Source: Fimbriimonadales bacterium (GTDB lineage Bacteria; Armatimonadota; Fimbriimonadia; Fimbriimonadales; JABRVX01). From it: DNA of 21,168 nucleotides. The notes below the pieces were generated by a model that saw only the letters and a list, made by a program, of their open reading frames with translations, was not told the DNA's origin and made no database searches. The translations under genes were made by a program, and so were the position numbers. How positions within the stretch are numbered: the stretch's first letter is position 1; each line of letters begins with the position of its first letter. The stretch covers positions 1-21,168 of the forward strand of contig BTVI01000049.1 of NCBI GenBank assembly GCA_045862955.1, written 5' to 3'. Below, piece after piece: positions 1-9,051 of this stretch.

Positions 1-2
1 GC

Positions 3-140
3 GGGACCGCGATCGATGCGTCCCAGTCCATCGGCCCGGTAGAGAGGGGGTCCGCCTGCCAAGAGAGCCGGACCGGCTTCGATGCGTCCCAGTCCATCAG
101 CCCGGCGGGGAGGGGGTCCGCCTGCCAAGAGAGCGGGACC
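3..140 (+). repeat. 66-bp in-frame tandem repeat (22 aa unit DASQSIxPxxRGSACQESxT), about 2 copies visible
   Basis: GATGCGTCCCAGTCCATC at 15 and 81; AGGGGGTCCGCCTGCCAAGAGAGC at 45 and 111; period 66. May continue upstream of the window. Confidence 0.9.
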
Positions 141-701
141 GAGAGACCTACCAGCGAAGACACCGCGCACGATTTCGTCATGCTGAGCCCGTCGAAGCAT
201 GACCCCGCCGACGGCCCACCTTCCACCGAAATCCAACAACCTGCGGTAGACGAGAGCATGCTTCGACAGCCCCAGCATGACGTTACCGCTCCCTCCTCCG
301 GTCCTCCCTCTCCCTCACCCGCAGAGGTGAGGGGCGTGGTTTCCCCGGAGCGTGTGGAGGCCCCGATGCCTCCACCGCAAGCAGCGGAGGCATCGGATGT
401 TGTGCAGCCGGCGCTGAGGGGCAGCGCCGCGGAAGAAGTGGCTGCAGCAGAGCGGGAGATCGAGGCGCGGCTAGGCATCCGCCCTCAGACCTTCGCCTAC
501 CCCTTCGGCCGCTACGATGACGCCGCCGTGCGTACCGTCCGTGCGAGGGGATACCTTGCAGCCGTCACCGTCCGGTACGGCATCGCCTCGGACCGGCACG
601 ACCCGCACCTCCTGCCGCGCATTCTGATCAGCTATTCCGACGGCCTCCACGGTCTGCTATACAAGCTCTACATCCGCCCGCTCCTGCAGGGCAGGAGGTG
701 A
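3..701 (+). CDS. Polysaccharide deacetylase (NodB-like) family protein, 5'-truncated by the window edge, with a low-complexity repeat-derived insert
   Basis: Frame is open from base 3 (GTAIDASQSIG...) through the ATG at 180 to TGA at 701. C-terminus EEVAAAEREIEARLGIRPQTFAYPFGRYD...GYLAAVT...LPRI matches NodB/CE4 C-terminal motifs (FAYPxG, LPR). Confidence 0.8.
   Translation, partial: GTAIDASQSIGPVERGSACQESRTGFDASQSISPAGRGSACQESGTERPTSEDTAHDFVMLSPSKHDPADGPPSTEIQQPAVDESMLRQPQHDVTAPSSGPPSPSPAEVRGVVSPERVEAPMPPPQAAEASDVVQPALRGSAAEEVAAAEREIEARLGIRPQTFAYPFGRYDDAAVRTVRARGYLAAVTVRYGIASDRHDPHLLPRILISYSDGLHGLLYKLYIRPLLQGRR
176..282. repeat. Inverted pair of CGTC-tagged REP-like palindromes inside the deacetylase CDS
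   Basis: CGTCATGCTGAGCCCGTCGAAGCATGAC at 176-203 and reverse copy CATGCTTCGACAGCCCCAGCATGACG at 257-282; same family as the 10937-11623 cluster. Confidence 0.85.
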
Positions 702-707
702 TTTGCG

Positions 708-1118
708 TTGGCACATGACATCCGAGTCCGCACCCGCGGCAACACCGACATCGTGGACATCACGTCGCAGCTTTGTGCGGCGGTGCGCCAGAGCGGCGTG
801 CGCGAGGGCATCGTGTGCGCCGCTGTCGTCGGCTCTACCGCCTCGCTCACCACCGTGGAGTTCGAGCCCGGGCTCGTCGCCGACCTGCAGCGCGCCTTCG
901 AGCAGATCGCCCCGAAGGACGCCGTCTACGCTCACGAGCAACGCTGGCACGACGATAACGGCCACGCGCACGTCCGCGCTTCGCTCGTCGGGCCGTCCAT
1001 CTGCCTTCCGGTCGTGGACGGCGCTCCGGTCTTGGGCACCTGGCAGCAAGTGGTGCTGATTGACTTCGACACCCGTCCACGCGAACGCACCATCGTGGTG
1101 CAGGTCATTCCGGCTTGA
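708..1118 (+). CDS. yjbQ: YjbQ/UPF0047 family protein (secondary thiamine-phosphate synthase-like)
   Basis: Motifs DIVDIT, GSTASLTTVEFEPGL, HDDNGHAHVRASLVGPS, LGTWQQVVLIDFD; GGAGGT RBS before TTG at 708. Confidence 0.9.
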   Translation: MAHDIRVRTRGNTDIVDITSQLCAAVRQSGVREGIVCAAVVGSTASLTTVEFEPGLVADLQRAFEQIAPKDAVYAHEQRWHDDNGHAHVRASLVGPSICLPVVDGAPVLGTWQQVVLIDFDTRPRERTIVVQVIPA

Positions 1119-1168
1119 TTTCACACCCCCGGACGCCTTGCTGCCCGCCACTCGACGCACCGCAAGGC

Positions 1169-1198
1169 TTGACATAACCGGTAGCCAGGTGCTAAGTT
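1169..1198 (+). promoter_or_regulatory. Putative sigma70 promoter of the amidase-GerMN-rph-rdgB operon
   Basis: TTGACA (1169-1174), 18 bp spacer, TGcTAAGTT extended -10 (1190-1198), upstream of an AAGGAG RBS. Confidence 0.55.
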
Positions 1199-1236
1199 CA
1201 CCCCTGCCTCTGTCGGGTCGCAAGGAGCATAGCCTG

Positions 1237-2889
1237 GTGCGAAGAGTTCTCATAGGGATGTGGGCCGCCACGCTCCCCTTCGCAGCCTGTCTCGCACAGG
1301 AGCCTGCGGAGGGAGACCCCTGCGGATTGGTCTATCTCGAGAAGGAGCTGAAGCTCGACCCCCCTGCACACCGCCTCGGTGACGAGTGTTTTCTGCCCGT
1401 CGAGCATGCTAAGGCACTCGGCTGGGAGGTCAAGGCACTCGGGGACCGCGGTCTCGTCACCTCCCGGGGCAAGCACGCCAATCTCTTCCTGCGCAACTTC
1501 GACGGCGTGGACTGCCTGCCAGTGCGTACAGCAGCACAGCTCCTCGGTGGCGTCACCGAGTGGCGCGACGATGGCAAGACCCTTCACGTACTCGCTCGGT
1601 GCGAGTGGATCGGAGCCGGAGACGGCTCCCTGTCTGTCAAGACCTCCTTTCCCGTCCAGCCCAAGGTGTCGGTTCTCACCGGCCCCGACCGCGTGGTGTT
1701 GGACCTGCCGGGTACTCGGTATGTCGTCGCATCGCCCCCGGTTCTGAAGAACATCGAGAAAGGCGTGCGCATGTTCCAGTTCCGTGGCGACACGCTACGG
1801 GTGGTGTGCGACCTCGGCGCTCCCCCAAAGCTCGGCCCGCTCCGCACCGTCAATGAGCGGCAGTACGAATTGACCTGGAAAGGGTCGACGTTGGCGGCGC
1901 GTGAAAAGACCGGCTTCACCGAGTACACGCCGCCCCCGGCCGCAGCCGCCAAGCCAACGGGGGACGCTGTGAGCCTTGGGAAACCCCTCGTCAGCAAGGT
2001 GTCCGACTCGGTCTACACCGTTCGTCTACCGACCGATCGGCTGATCAAGGGCAAGACTGCCATCCGCCGCTCGAGAGACACCGTGGAAGTCGAAATCCCG
2101 AACGCGGTGATCGAGGAAGCCGAGGAAACGTGCGCCGAAGGAGGGTTCGTCAGCCGAGTCCGATTCAGCTCCAAGACCGTCGGCCAGGCGGCCGCTGCGT
2201 TGCTGCAGTTTGCCGTGACCGGCGCGGTTGGCGTGAACATCGCGCCCGGCGCGCGCGAGTTGGTGCTTACTCTAACCAGACCGAAGTCGGCGTCGGGGCG
2301 CATTTCGGAAAAGGTCATCGTGATCGACCCGGGTCACGGCGGCAGCGATCCGGGAGCGCAGTTCGGGACCGGCGACGACAAAGTGCAAGAGAAGACGGTG
2401 AACCTGGCGGTTGGCCAACGAATCGCCAAACTATTGGCAGAGCAGGGCGCCGCTGTGATCATGACGCGTAGCGACGACAGCTACCCGGCTCTGAAGGAGC
2501 GCGTCGACACCGCGAATCTTTCGAACGCCCATTTCTTCGTCAGCATCCACCACAACTCGAATCGGATTGCCGACAGCCGCTCGGGCACTTTCACCTACTA
2601 CCACGGCGCGAGTCAGGAAGGGAAGCTGCTGGCAGAGTACATCCAGAAGGAGATCGCGGCGGTTAGCGGTCTGCCGGACCACGGCGCCATCGCCGATACC
2701 ACTCGGTTCAAGTCGGGGATGCATGTATTGCGAAACACCAAGATGCCAGCGGTCTTGGTGGAAGTCGCCTACATCAACAATGCAACCGACCGCAAGCTCA
2801 TCATCTCCGAGGACTTCCAACAGAAAATCGCGGCGGCCATCGCGAAAGGCATTCGTTCCTACCTAGGCGATCTGGAGGCGGAAGAATGA
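1237..2889 (+). CDS. N-acetylmuramoyl-L-alanine amidase (Amidase_3) with signal peptide and AMIN-like domains
   Basis: IVIDPGHGGSDPGA, EKTVNL, MTRSDD, FVSIHHN, PAVLVEVAYINN catalytic motifs; PDRVVLDLPG AMIN-like segment. Likely start is GTG at 1237 after AAGGAG, followed by a signal-peptide-like N-terminus. Confidence 0.92.
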   Translation: MRRVLIGMWAATLPFAACLAQEPAEGDPCGLVYLEKELKLDPPAHRLGDECFLPVEHAKALGWEVKALGDRGLVTSRGKHANLFLRNFDGVDCLPVRTAAQLLGGVTEWRDDGKTLHVLARCEWIGAGDGSLSVKTSFPVQPKVSVLTGPDRVVLDLPGTRYVVASPPVLKNIEKGVRMFQFRGDTLRVVCDLGAPPKLGPLRTVNERQYELTWKGSTLAAREKTGFTEYTPPPAAAAKPTGDAVSLGKPLVSKVSDSVYTVRLPTDRLIKGKTAIRRSRDTVEVEIPNAVIEEAEETCAEGGFVSRVRFSSKTVGQAAAALLQFAVTGAVGVNIAPGARELVLTLTRPKSASGRISEKVIVIDPGHGGSDPGAQFGTGDDKVQEKTVNLAVGQRIAKLLAEQGAAVIMTRSDDSYPALKERVDTANLSNAHFFVSIHHNSNRIADSRSGTFTYYHGASQEGKLLAEYIQKEIAAVSGLPDHGAIADTTRFKSGMHVLRNTKMPAVLVEVAYINNATDRKLIISEDFQQKIAAAIAKGIRSYLGDLEAEE

Positions 2890-3407
2890 GAGGCGTTCTC
2901 GTCCTGATACTGATCCTCGCGGTCGCGATGATTGCCGTCCTCGCCTATCTCTCCCTCATGCCGGGTCCCAAGAAAAACACGCTGTCCGCGAACGGTCCAG
3001 GCCGAGTGGAAAAGCAGGAGGACGCTCGCGTCAACGTGTTCAAGCCCTCCTATGAAGACGACAAGATGGTGCTCGAGGCCAGGCGCATCAACGTGCCGCC
3101 CGGCCGGACCAAGCTCTTCGCCGCCGTCTCTGAGTTGGTTCGCGACGAGAAGCTCTTCCCCAAGGGCGTGAGACTGCTGTCTGCCGAGGTGAAGGGCAAG
3201 ACCGCGGAGCTGAACTTCAGCGCAGAGCTGCGCGCCGGCTACTCCACGGACGAAGAGGAGGCACTGCTGAAGTCCCTCTCGGCCACCGTGGGCCAGTTCC
3301 CCGATGTAGAGAACATGCGCATCCTCATAGATGGCTCGCCGGTAGACACGCTGGGGAGCGTGGACCTGAGCGAGCCCGTCCCCGTTACGCGCAACGCCAA
3401 AGGGTAA
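2886..3407 (+). CDS. GerMN domain membrane-anchored protein
   Basis: N-terminal TM helix; FPKGVRLLSAEVKGKTAELNFS...LSATVGQFPDVENMRILIDG fits GerMN; ATGA overlap with the amidase. Confidence 0.8.
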   Translation: MRGVLVLILILAVAMIAVLAYLSLMPGPKKNTLSANGPGRVEKQEDARVNVFKPSYEDDKMVLEARRINVPPGRTKLFAAVSELVRDEKLFPKGVRLLSAEVKGKTAELNFSAELRAGYSTDEEEALLKSLSATVGQFPDVENMRILIDGSPVDTLGSVDLSEPVPVTRNAKG

Positions 3408-3494
3408 ACTCTCGGCAACGAGAAGCGTCCCCCCCGATTCGTCGGGTCATCGCATGCCGTGGAAGCCGGGGGTGTCGCACCGTAGGGGGTGGTT

Positions 3495-4217
3495 ATGGCT
3501 CGTCCCGACGGGCGCAAACCGGAAGAACTGCGCCCGCTCAGCCTTCATCGAGGCTATCTCAAGTACGCAGAGGGTTCCTGCCTCATCGAACTGGGCAACA
3601 CCCGCGTTCTCTGCGCTGCCTCTATCGAGGACCGGGTCCCCTCCTTTCTCAAGGGGAGTGGATCGGGCTGGGTCACTGCCGAGTACAACATGCTTCCCCG
3701 CGCCTGCCTCCAACGAACGCCTCGGGAGCGGGAACGCGGTGCGGGCGGACGCACGCAGGAGATTCAGAGGCTCATCGGCCGCTCGCTGCGTTCTGTGGTT
3801 GATATGGAAGGGCTGGGCGAGCGAACGATTACGGTGGACTGCGACGTGATCCAGGGCGACGGCGGTACACGCACGGCCTCCATCACGGGCGCTTACATCG
3901 CGCTAGCCGATGCCTTGGGCTGGCTGCGGGAGCGCGGCCTTATCGGACGCTCACTCCTGGTGGAGGCGGTCGCCGCTATCAGCGTGGGCGTCGTAATGGG
4001 AATCGAGATGCTGGACCTCAACTACGAAGAGGACTCGCAGGCTGCGGTGGACATGAACGTCGTGATGACCGAAAGCGGCAAGTTCGTCGAGATTCAAGGG
4101 ACGGCAGAGCACGCGCCCTTCACCGAGCAGCGGCTGGCCCGCATGCTGCACATGGCACAGCGAGGCATCGAAAAGATCATCGAGGTGCAACGCGAGTGCC
4201 TTGCCACGCCTCTGTGA
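3495..4217 (+). CDS. rph: Ribonuclease PH
   Basis: RPDGRKPEELRP, AEGSCLIELGNTRVLC, GWVTAEYNMLP, RTQEIQRLIGRSLR, DGGTRTASITGA, EIQGTAE. Confidence 0.97.
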   Translation: MARPDGRKPEELRPLSLHRGYLKYAEGSCLIELGNTRVLCAASIEDRVPSFLKGSGSGWVTAEYNMLPRACLQRTPRERERGAGGRTQEIQRLIGRSLRSVVDMEGLGERTITVDCDVIQGDGGTRTASITGAYIALADALGWLRERGLIGRSLLVEAVAAISVGVVMGIEMLDLNYEEDSQAAVDMNVVMTESGKFVEIQGTAEHAPFTEQRLARMLHMAQRGIEKIIEVQRECLATPL

Positions 4218-4846
4218 GACGTCTCATCATCGCCACGCATAACGCCGGCAAGGCGCGCGAGATGCTCACTATCCTGAAAGAGCACCTCCACGACATGCCC
4301 GTAGAGATCCTAACGCTGGCCGACTTCCCCGGCATCCCAGAGCCGGCCGAGCATGGCGAAACCTACCTAGAGAATGCCGAAATCAAGGCCAGGGCGGCTG
4401 CTGACGCACTGCATGAACTAGCCATCGCGGACGATGCCGGTCTCGAAGTGGATGTCCTGAACGGAGAGCCAGGACTCCATTCGCGGCGCTACGCAGGGGT
4501 CGAAACGTCATTTGCCGACAAGATGTCGTTGCTCCTCGAGCGTCTGAAAGACGTGCCCGAGCGAGACAGGACCGCTCGCTTTCGCTGCGCGGTGGCGATC
4601 GCCGAGCCCGCAGGCCCGACTCACTTCTTCACGGACACCTGTGAGGGGCGGATCGCGTTCGAGCGTTCCGGAACCGGGGGGTTCGGTTACGATCCAATCT
4701 TCTTTCTACCGGACTTAGGCTGCACGATGGCAGAGCTCACTCCCGAACACAAGAACCGAATCAGCCACAGAGGCAAGACGCTTGCCGCTGCTGCACCCGT
4801 CTTGCGCCGACTTCTGGCGCAGCCCGCGAACGGATCGAGAGTATGA
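4214..4846 (+). CDS. rdgB: Non-canonical purine NTP pyrophosphatase (HAM1/RdgB, XTP/dITP diphosphatase)
   Basis: IATHNAGKAREM, ENAEIKA, ADDAGL, PGLHSRRYAG, GFGYDPIF, KNRISHRGK; GTGA overlap with the rph stop. Confidence 0.95.
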   Translation: MRRLIIATHNAGKAREMLTILKEHLHDMPVEILTLADFPGIPEPAEHGETYLENAEIKARAAADALHELAIADDAGLEVDVLNGEPGLHSRRYAGVETSFADKMSLLLERLKDVPERDRTARFRCAVAIAEPAGPTHFFTDTCEGRIAFERSGTGGFGYDPIFFLPDLGCTMAELTPEHKNRISHRGKTLAAAAPVLRRLLAQPANGSRV

Positions 4847-4861
4847 GCGCGTCCTTCAGGG

Positions 4862-4890
4862 TTGACTTCACTGTTCTGGTGTGCTAGTCT
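4862..4890 (+). promoter_or_regulatory. Putative sigma70 promoter
   Basis: TTGACT, 17 bp, TAGTCT with TG extension, about 50 bp upstream of AAGGAGG RBS and ATG at 4940. Confidence 0.55.
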
Positions 4891-4939
4891 CATAATGGTC
4901 TGGTGTCCCCCGTACCGGACGAATCAAGGAGGAAGGCTG

Positions 4940-6487
4940 ATGAAGCGAAGGCAAGAAAGGACGGCCGCACCGTTTCTTCTTAGCGCGCTATTCCTCACGT
5001 TTGCCGTAGCGGCAAGCGCTATGCTGGTTGTTGACCCGAAGATCGTTGTGGAGAAGGCTCTCGAGCAGAATATGCTCGTCGTCCGATTCACGGACGCTCG
5101 TGTTGCCCTGGTCGAGCTTAGGCTGAACGGTGCTCCACTGGCCGTGCGCGAGGCCAAGGAGACCTATCGCTCCGGAGAAGTGACCTTCTCGCTCGATCCC
5201 AACGGCTTGCCCGCAGGAAGGCACAAGCTCGAGGTGGTGCTGCGCGCGGCAGACGGCAAGGCGCTCGCCTCTACGCTCACCGACCTTACGATCGACGAAA
5301 AGCCGATGGCGCCGATCCTGATCCGCACACCGAAGTTCGGTGCGCAGGTAGCCGGCGAAGTGCAGATCGAAGTGCAGATCGGCCCCATGATCAAGAAGCC
5401 GTTCGTATCGCTCTTCGTGGATCGCCAGTTCCGCGAGCTGCGAAACGTCCCTCCGTACCGATTCGTTTGGGACACCACGCGCGAAGCGGCAGGATGGCAC
5501 AGCGTCGAGGCGTGGGCCTACGACGAGCAGCAGAACACCTACAAGTCGGTCCCTATCCAGTTGTATGTCAACAATCCCGGCGGACGAACGGAGCGGGTGG
5601 TCGAACAGGAGCGCGTAGCGGATCCGACCCTCGGCGGTACCGGAGACGACGGCGACCTCCTGGCAGGCTCCGGCGGCCTCAAGAGCGCGGGAGCCAACGA
5701 CACGATCGCCTCGGATGCGGGCGCTGTGATCACTCGACCAGGCGATGTTCAGAAGCTGCGAAACGGCTTGGTCTCGCACCCCGACAGCTTCGTGCCCGTC
5801 GCGCCTGGCGCACCGGAGAAGGAGATCGCGCTCGCCGATGCGCGGATCTCCGGTCAGAGGTCGGTGACGCCGCCTGCTCCGAGTGCCGTCGTGGTAAAGC
5901 AATCCACCACCCCAGACACCGGACAGACACGGGTGCTCGAGCAATCTCGCAAGGCCGACCCGACCCCGCAGAAGATTGGCACGCAAGGTGGCAAGGTCAG
6001 CGCCAATCCCGATCACACGCCGCTTGTCGCGGTCGCTACGAAGCCTGTCGCACCCGCAGCAACCAGCGTGACCACGTCCGTCCGCGCGACGTCCCCGCCG
6101 ACCCCGTCCGCGGTGGCAGCGGCGAAGCCTAGCGGCGTGTTCTCCATCTTCTTCGATGGACAGGAGATCCGCTTCGACGTCTCCCCGCGAACGGTGGACG
6201 GTGTGCCCGTCGCCCCGTTCCGCCACCTGTTTGCACACGGGGGCGGCGAGGTCGGCTGGGACAACTCGACGAAGACAATGTCTGCAGAGCGCACCGGTAC
6301 CAGGATTCGCGTGCGCATCGGCGACCTGTTCGCCACCGTGAACGACAGCCGTGTTAGAATGGAACGGGCCGCGTTCTTGGACGCAGGCCGCACGCTTGTG
6401 CCGCTCAGCTTCGTGCGGCAGGCTTTGAACGTGGAGGTCGAATACGACCCGGCTACGGGCCACGTACTGATTACCTCCAAGGAATAG
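4940..6487 (+). CDS. Secreted protein with Ig-like domains, Pro/Thr/Ala-rich linker and C-terminal copper amine oxidase N-terminal-like (stalk) domain
   Basis: AAGGAGG RBS; signal peptide ending ASA; PPYRFVWDTT...GWHSVEAWAYD is Big-like; C-terminal FDVSPRTVDGVPVAPFR...GRTLVPLSFVRQALNVEVEYD is typical of Cu_amine_oxidN1. Confidence 0.8.
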   Translation: MKRRQERTAAPFLLSALFLTFAVAASAMLVVDPKIVVEKALEQNMLVVRFTDARVALVELRLNGAPLAVREAKETYRSGEVTFSLDPNGLPAGRHKLEVVLRAADGKALASTLTDLTIDEKPMAPILIRTPKFGAQVAGEVQIEVQIGPMIKKPFVSLFVDRQFRELRNVPPYRFVWDTTREAAGWHSVEAWAYDEQQNTYKSVPIQLYVNNPGGRTERVVEQERVADPTLGGTGDDGDLLAGSGGLKSAGANDTIASDAGAVITRPGDVQKLRNGLVSHPDSFVPVAPGAPEKEIALADARISGQRSVTPPAPSAVVVKQSTTPDTGQTRVLEQSRKADPTPQKIGTQGGKVSANPDHTPLVAVATKPVAPAATSVTTSVRATSPPTPSAVAAAKPSGVFSIFFDGQEIRFDVSPRTVDGVPVAPFRHLFAHGGGEVGWDNSTKTMSAERTGTRIRVRIGDLFATVNDSRVRMERAAFLDAGRTLVPLSFVRQALNVEVEYDPATGHVLITSKE

Positions 6488-6499
6488 GTGGACCGTTTC

Positions 6500-6524
6500 G
6501 GAGGGGTCGAAGTGCGACCCCTCC
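6500..6524 (+). terminator. GC-rich hairpin after the stalk-domain gene (possible terminator)
   Basis: GGAGGGGTCG-aagtg-CGACCCCTCC perfect 10 bp stem, 12 bp after the stop; only a weak pyrimidine tail. Confidence 0.5.
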
Positions 6525-6585
6525 CTCTCGATAACGAGTTGCGCCGCATGGCGCTCGCGTGCCGCGGCGCAGATGGAAGCGATTG

Positions 6586-6897
6586 ATGGCGAAGCTCGAT
6601 CCGCGCTGGCCGCGTGAGCTCTTTCAGACTCCGCTGGCCGCCGCTGCACTGACAACGGGAGCAATCCTACTGGGGCTGGTGTTCCGTCCCGACCTGCAAG
6701 CCGACTCGCGACTCGTCTGGGTCGTTGGGTTTGCCGTGCTTGCTGGCTTGCTGGCTTCAGCACTGGGTAGCAGGCGTCGTTGGACGGTGGCTGCGTTTCT
6801 CATCGCCATTGGGCTTGGGCTCGTCGCAGGGCTGCATCCTCCGTCAATGGATGTTGCTGCGTCGGCTCGCCCACCTCGCTTCTCCGGAGTCCCGTAG
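6586..6897 (+). CDS. Small hypothetical membrane protein (about 3 TM)
   Basis: Three hydrophobic segments; fills the intergenic gap on the operon strand; start uncertain (6559/6586). Confidence 0.55.
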   Translation: MAKLDPRWPRELFQTPLAAAALTTGAILLGLVFRPDLQADSRLVWVVGFAVLAGLLASALGSRRRWTVAAFLIAIGLGLVAGLHPPSMDVAASARPPRFSGVP

Positions 6898-6960
6898 CGC
6901 CCTCGAGACCGACTGACCCGCTGGCACTGGGGAAGGTATTATCAGAGCAACTCGTCCGCG

Positions 6961-9051
6961 TTGGAGGACCTGTTCTTGCTTGTTGCCTCAGCCGACCGAG
7001 CCGACCGCCCTGTGCCGGCTCTCATCGGAAACGGAGAGCTCGTCACGATGCTCGACCGGCATGGGTACCACTCCCCTCCGGGCCCGCAAAGCGATCCGTT
7101 TCTGGACCCCCAGTGCCTGTACATAGCAGGACGTCGGCTAGCTGGACCACGGCACCCAATGGTGCCCTTCGGCGTGGTATCCCGCAACCTAACCTTTCAA
7201 GGTTCCCAAGAACCCGTCACTCTGCAGGAGCAGAGCATCCACCTCGACACGGGTGAAGTGCGGTCGAGAACGCTCCGAGGCAGACTGCTCGAGAGCACGC
7301 GCACACTCATCCCCCTATCCGCCAACCTTTTTTTGGTCGAGACCACCTTGCAAAACCAAGCCGACGAGCCGCTCGAGGCGACCCTGGAAGTCGTCTATTC
7401 CTTCACCGATCGGCATGGTGAGCGAGACCCAGGGTTGCGAGTCGCAGATGACCTGTCATTCGAGACGCATGACAACCTGGGGCAGGTGTATTTCCAGCAC
7501 GACGGTCCGGGCACGACCGTGCGAGACGCCCAGGGTGTGCGCGCGCGGCACACGTGGATGCTCCAGCCAGGGGTTGCGGTCACGCTGCGCACCTGGCTGG
7601 TCTTCAGCGACCGCCTCACCTATCAAGACCCACTCGACGCTGCGGACCTAGACCAACTGCTGACGCGGAACGCCGAGGAGTGGCAGCGCTTCTGGTCGCG
7701 CAGCTCCGTCGAGACCGGAGACGAATCGGTTGACCGCTTCCGCAAGGTGGTGTTGTACACGCTGCGATGTCAGGCTACCCCCTGGTCCATCCCCCCGACC
7801 GTAAGCAGGCGGTGGTGGGATGGTGGTGCATTCCACGACGAGCTTTACCCCTTCCTCGGCCTGCTCTCCGGTGGGTATGTCGACCTCGCGCGCAACATCC
7901 CCTACTACCGCCTGGCCACCTTGCCCAAGGCCATCGCTCGCGCGCGCGGTAGGGGCGCACTGTACGCCTGGAGTGCCACCGAGACGGGTGACGAGCGCGA
8001 CCCGCACGGGCACTGGTATACAGAGCGGTTCCACTTAGGGCAGTTCGCTGCAACCGTCTGGTGGCTGTGGCTGTACCAAGAGGATATGGCGGAGCTCGAA
8101 GACCTCTATCCCGTACTACGAGAGATCGCCCGTTACTTCGAACTGCAGATGATCGAGACCTCACCGGACGGAAAGCTGCGCACCAAGCGCTGCACCGACT
8201 TCGACGAGTCCGTCGGACAGGTCAGCGGCGGACCGATGACGATGGGTGCTGCCATCTACTCCTTGGAGCGAGCCACCGAAGCTGCCCGACGACTCGGTCG
8301 AGAGCGTGAGCGCTCGCGCAGGTGGGAACGCCTGGCCCATCGACTTCGAGACTCGTTGCCAGTGGACCGTACCGAAAAGCGATACGCTATACCAGACGGA
8401 AAGGACCTGCACTATTCCATCGTCGGCATGGTGTTCCCGTTCGCAGTGGACGCCGGCAGCGAGTACGCGCGTAACACCCTTAGGATGATTCACGAACGCG
8501 CTCGCACGGACTACGGATGGAAGCCCGGATGGAACCCGGCATTCGACGACTCGGTGTGGATGTGGACGGCCGGCCACCTCGGCATGTGCCACTCGATGGT
8601 AGGTGATGGCGAGCGAGCCTGGGACTGCGTGCGCACCGGCACCGAGTCGGCCGGCCAGTTCTACTCACCGAACGAGCACCTGAAGAACGGCGTGCCCATC
8701 GTCCCCTGGTTCACCACGGGGTGCGGCGCCTGGCTTGCCGCGCTGCACTGGATGTTCGTGCGAGTGGATGACGACGGGATGCACCTGCTCCCCGCCATTC
8801 CCGAGAGCCTGAGCAACTTCCGGTTCCACGGCCTCGCGGGTTCCTCAGGAGTCACGGTTTCTTGTGAAGTCGTGGATGGTAGGCTGGCCTCACTTCGCTT
8901 GGTCTCGCAGGTGCCGCAGGGACTAACATTTCAGGTCCCCAAACGCTTCCTCCCACTCATGCAGGCGATAACGGTAGGTGAACACGACGACTTCGGCGAG
9001 ACCTGGCGGTTTCGCGTAACTCTCGATCCCGGTGAGAACTGCTTGCTATGA
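6961..9051 (+). CDS. Glycoside hydrolase, GH65-like (alpha/alpha)6 barrel
   Basis: WQRFWSRSSV, WWDGGAFHDELYPF, ARGRGALYAWSATETGDE, TDFDES, PWFTTGCGAWL resemble GH65 segments (GHxFWD, GAxYPWES, PDEY, FxTGAGG). Confidence 0.7.
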   Translation: MEDLFLLVASADRADRPVPALIGNGELVTMLDRHGYHSPPGPQSDPFLDPQCLYIAGRRLAGPRHPMVPFGVVSRNLTFQGSQEPVTLQEQSIHLDTGEVRSRTLRGRLLESTRTLIPLSANLFLVETTLQNQADEPLEATLEVVYSFTDRHGERDPGLRVADDLSFETHDNLGQVYFQHDGPGTTVRDAQGVRARHTWMLQPGVAVTLRTWLVFSDRLTYQDPLDAADLDQLLTRNAEEWQRFWSRSSVETGDESVDRFRKVVLYTLRCQATPWSIPPTVSRRWWDGGAFHDELYPFLGLLSGGYVDLARNIPYYRLATLPKAIARARGRGALYAWSATETGDERDPHGHWYTERFHLGQFAATVWWLWLYQEDMAELEDLYPVLREIARYFELQMIETSPDGKLRTKRCTDFDESVGQVSGGPMTMGAAIYSLERATEAARRLGRERERSRRWERLAHRLRDSLPVDRTEKRYAIPDGKDLHYSIVGMVFPFAVDAGSEYARNTLRMIHERARTDYGWKPGWNPAFDDSVWMWTAGHLGMCHSMVGDGERAWDCVRTGTESAGQFYSPNEHLKNGVPIVPWFTTGCGAWLAALHWMFVRVDDDGMHLLPAIPESLSNFRFHGLAGSSGVTVSCEVVDGRLASLRLVSQVPQGLTFQVPKRFLPLMQAITVGEHDDFGETWRFRVTLDPGENCLL

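Noticed and set aside
4988..6763. 591-aa minus-strand ORF
   Set aside because: Antisense shadow of the well-supported 4940..6487 gene; such shadows are common in GC-rich DNA and it shows no recognisable motifs.
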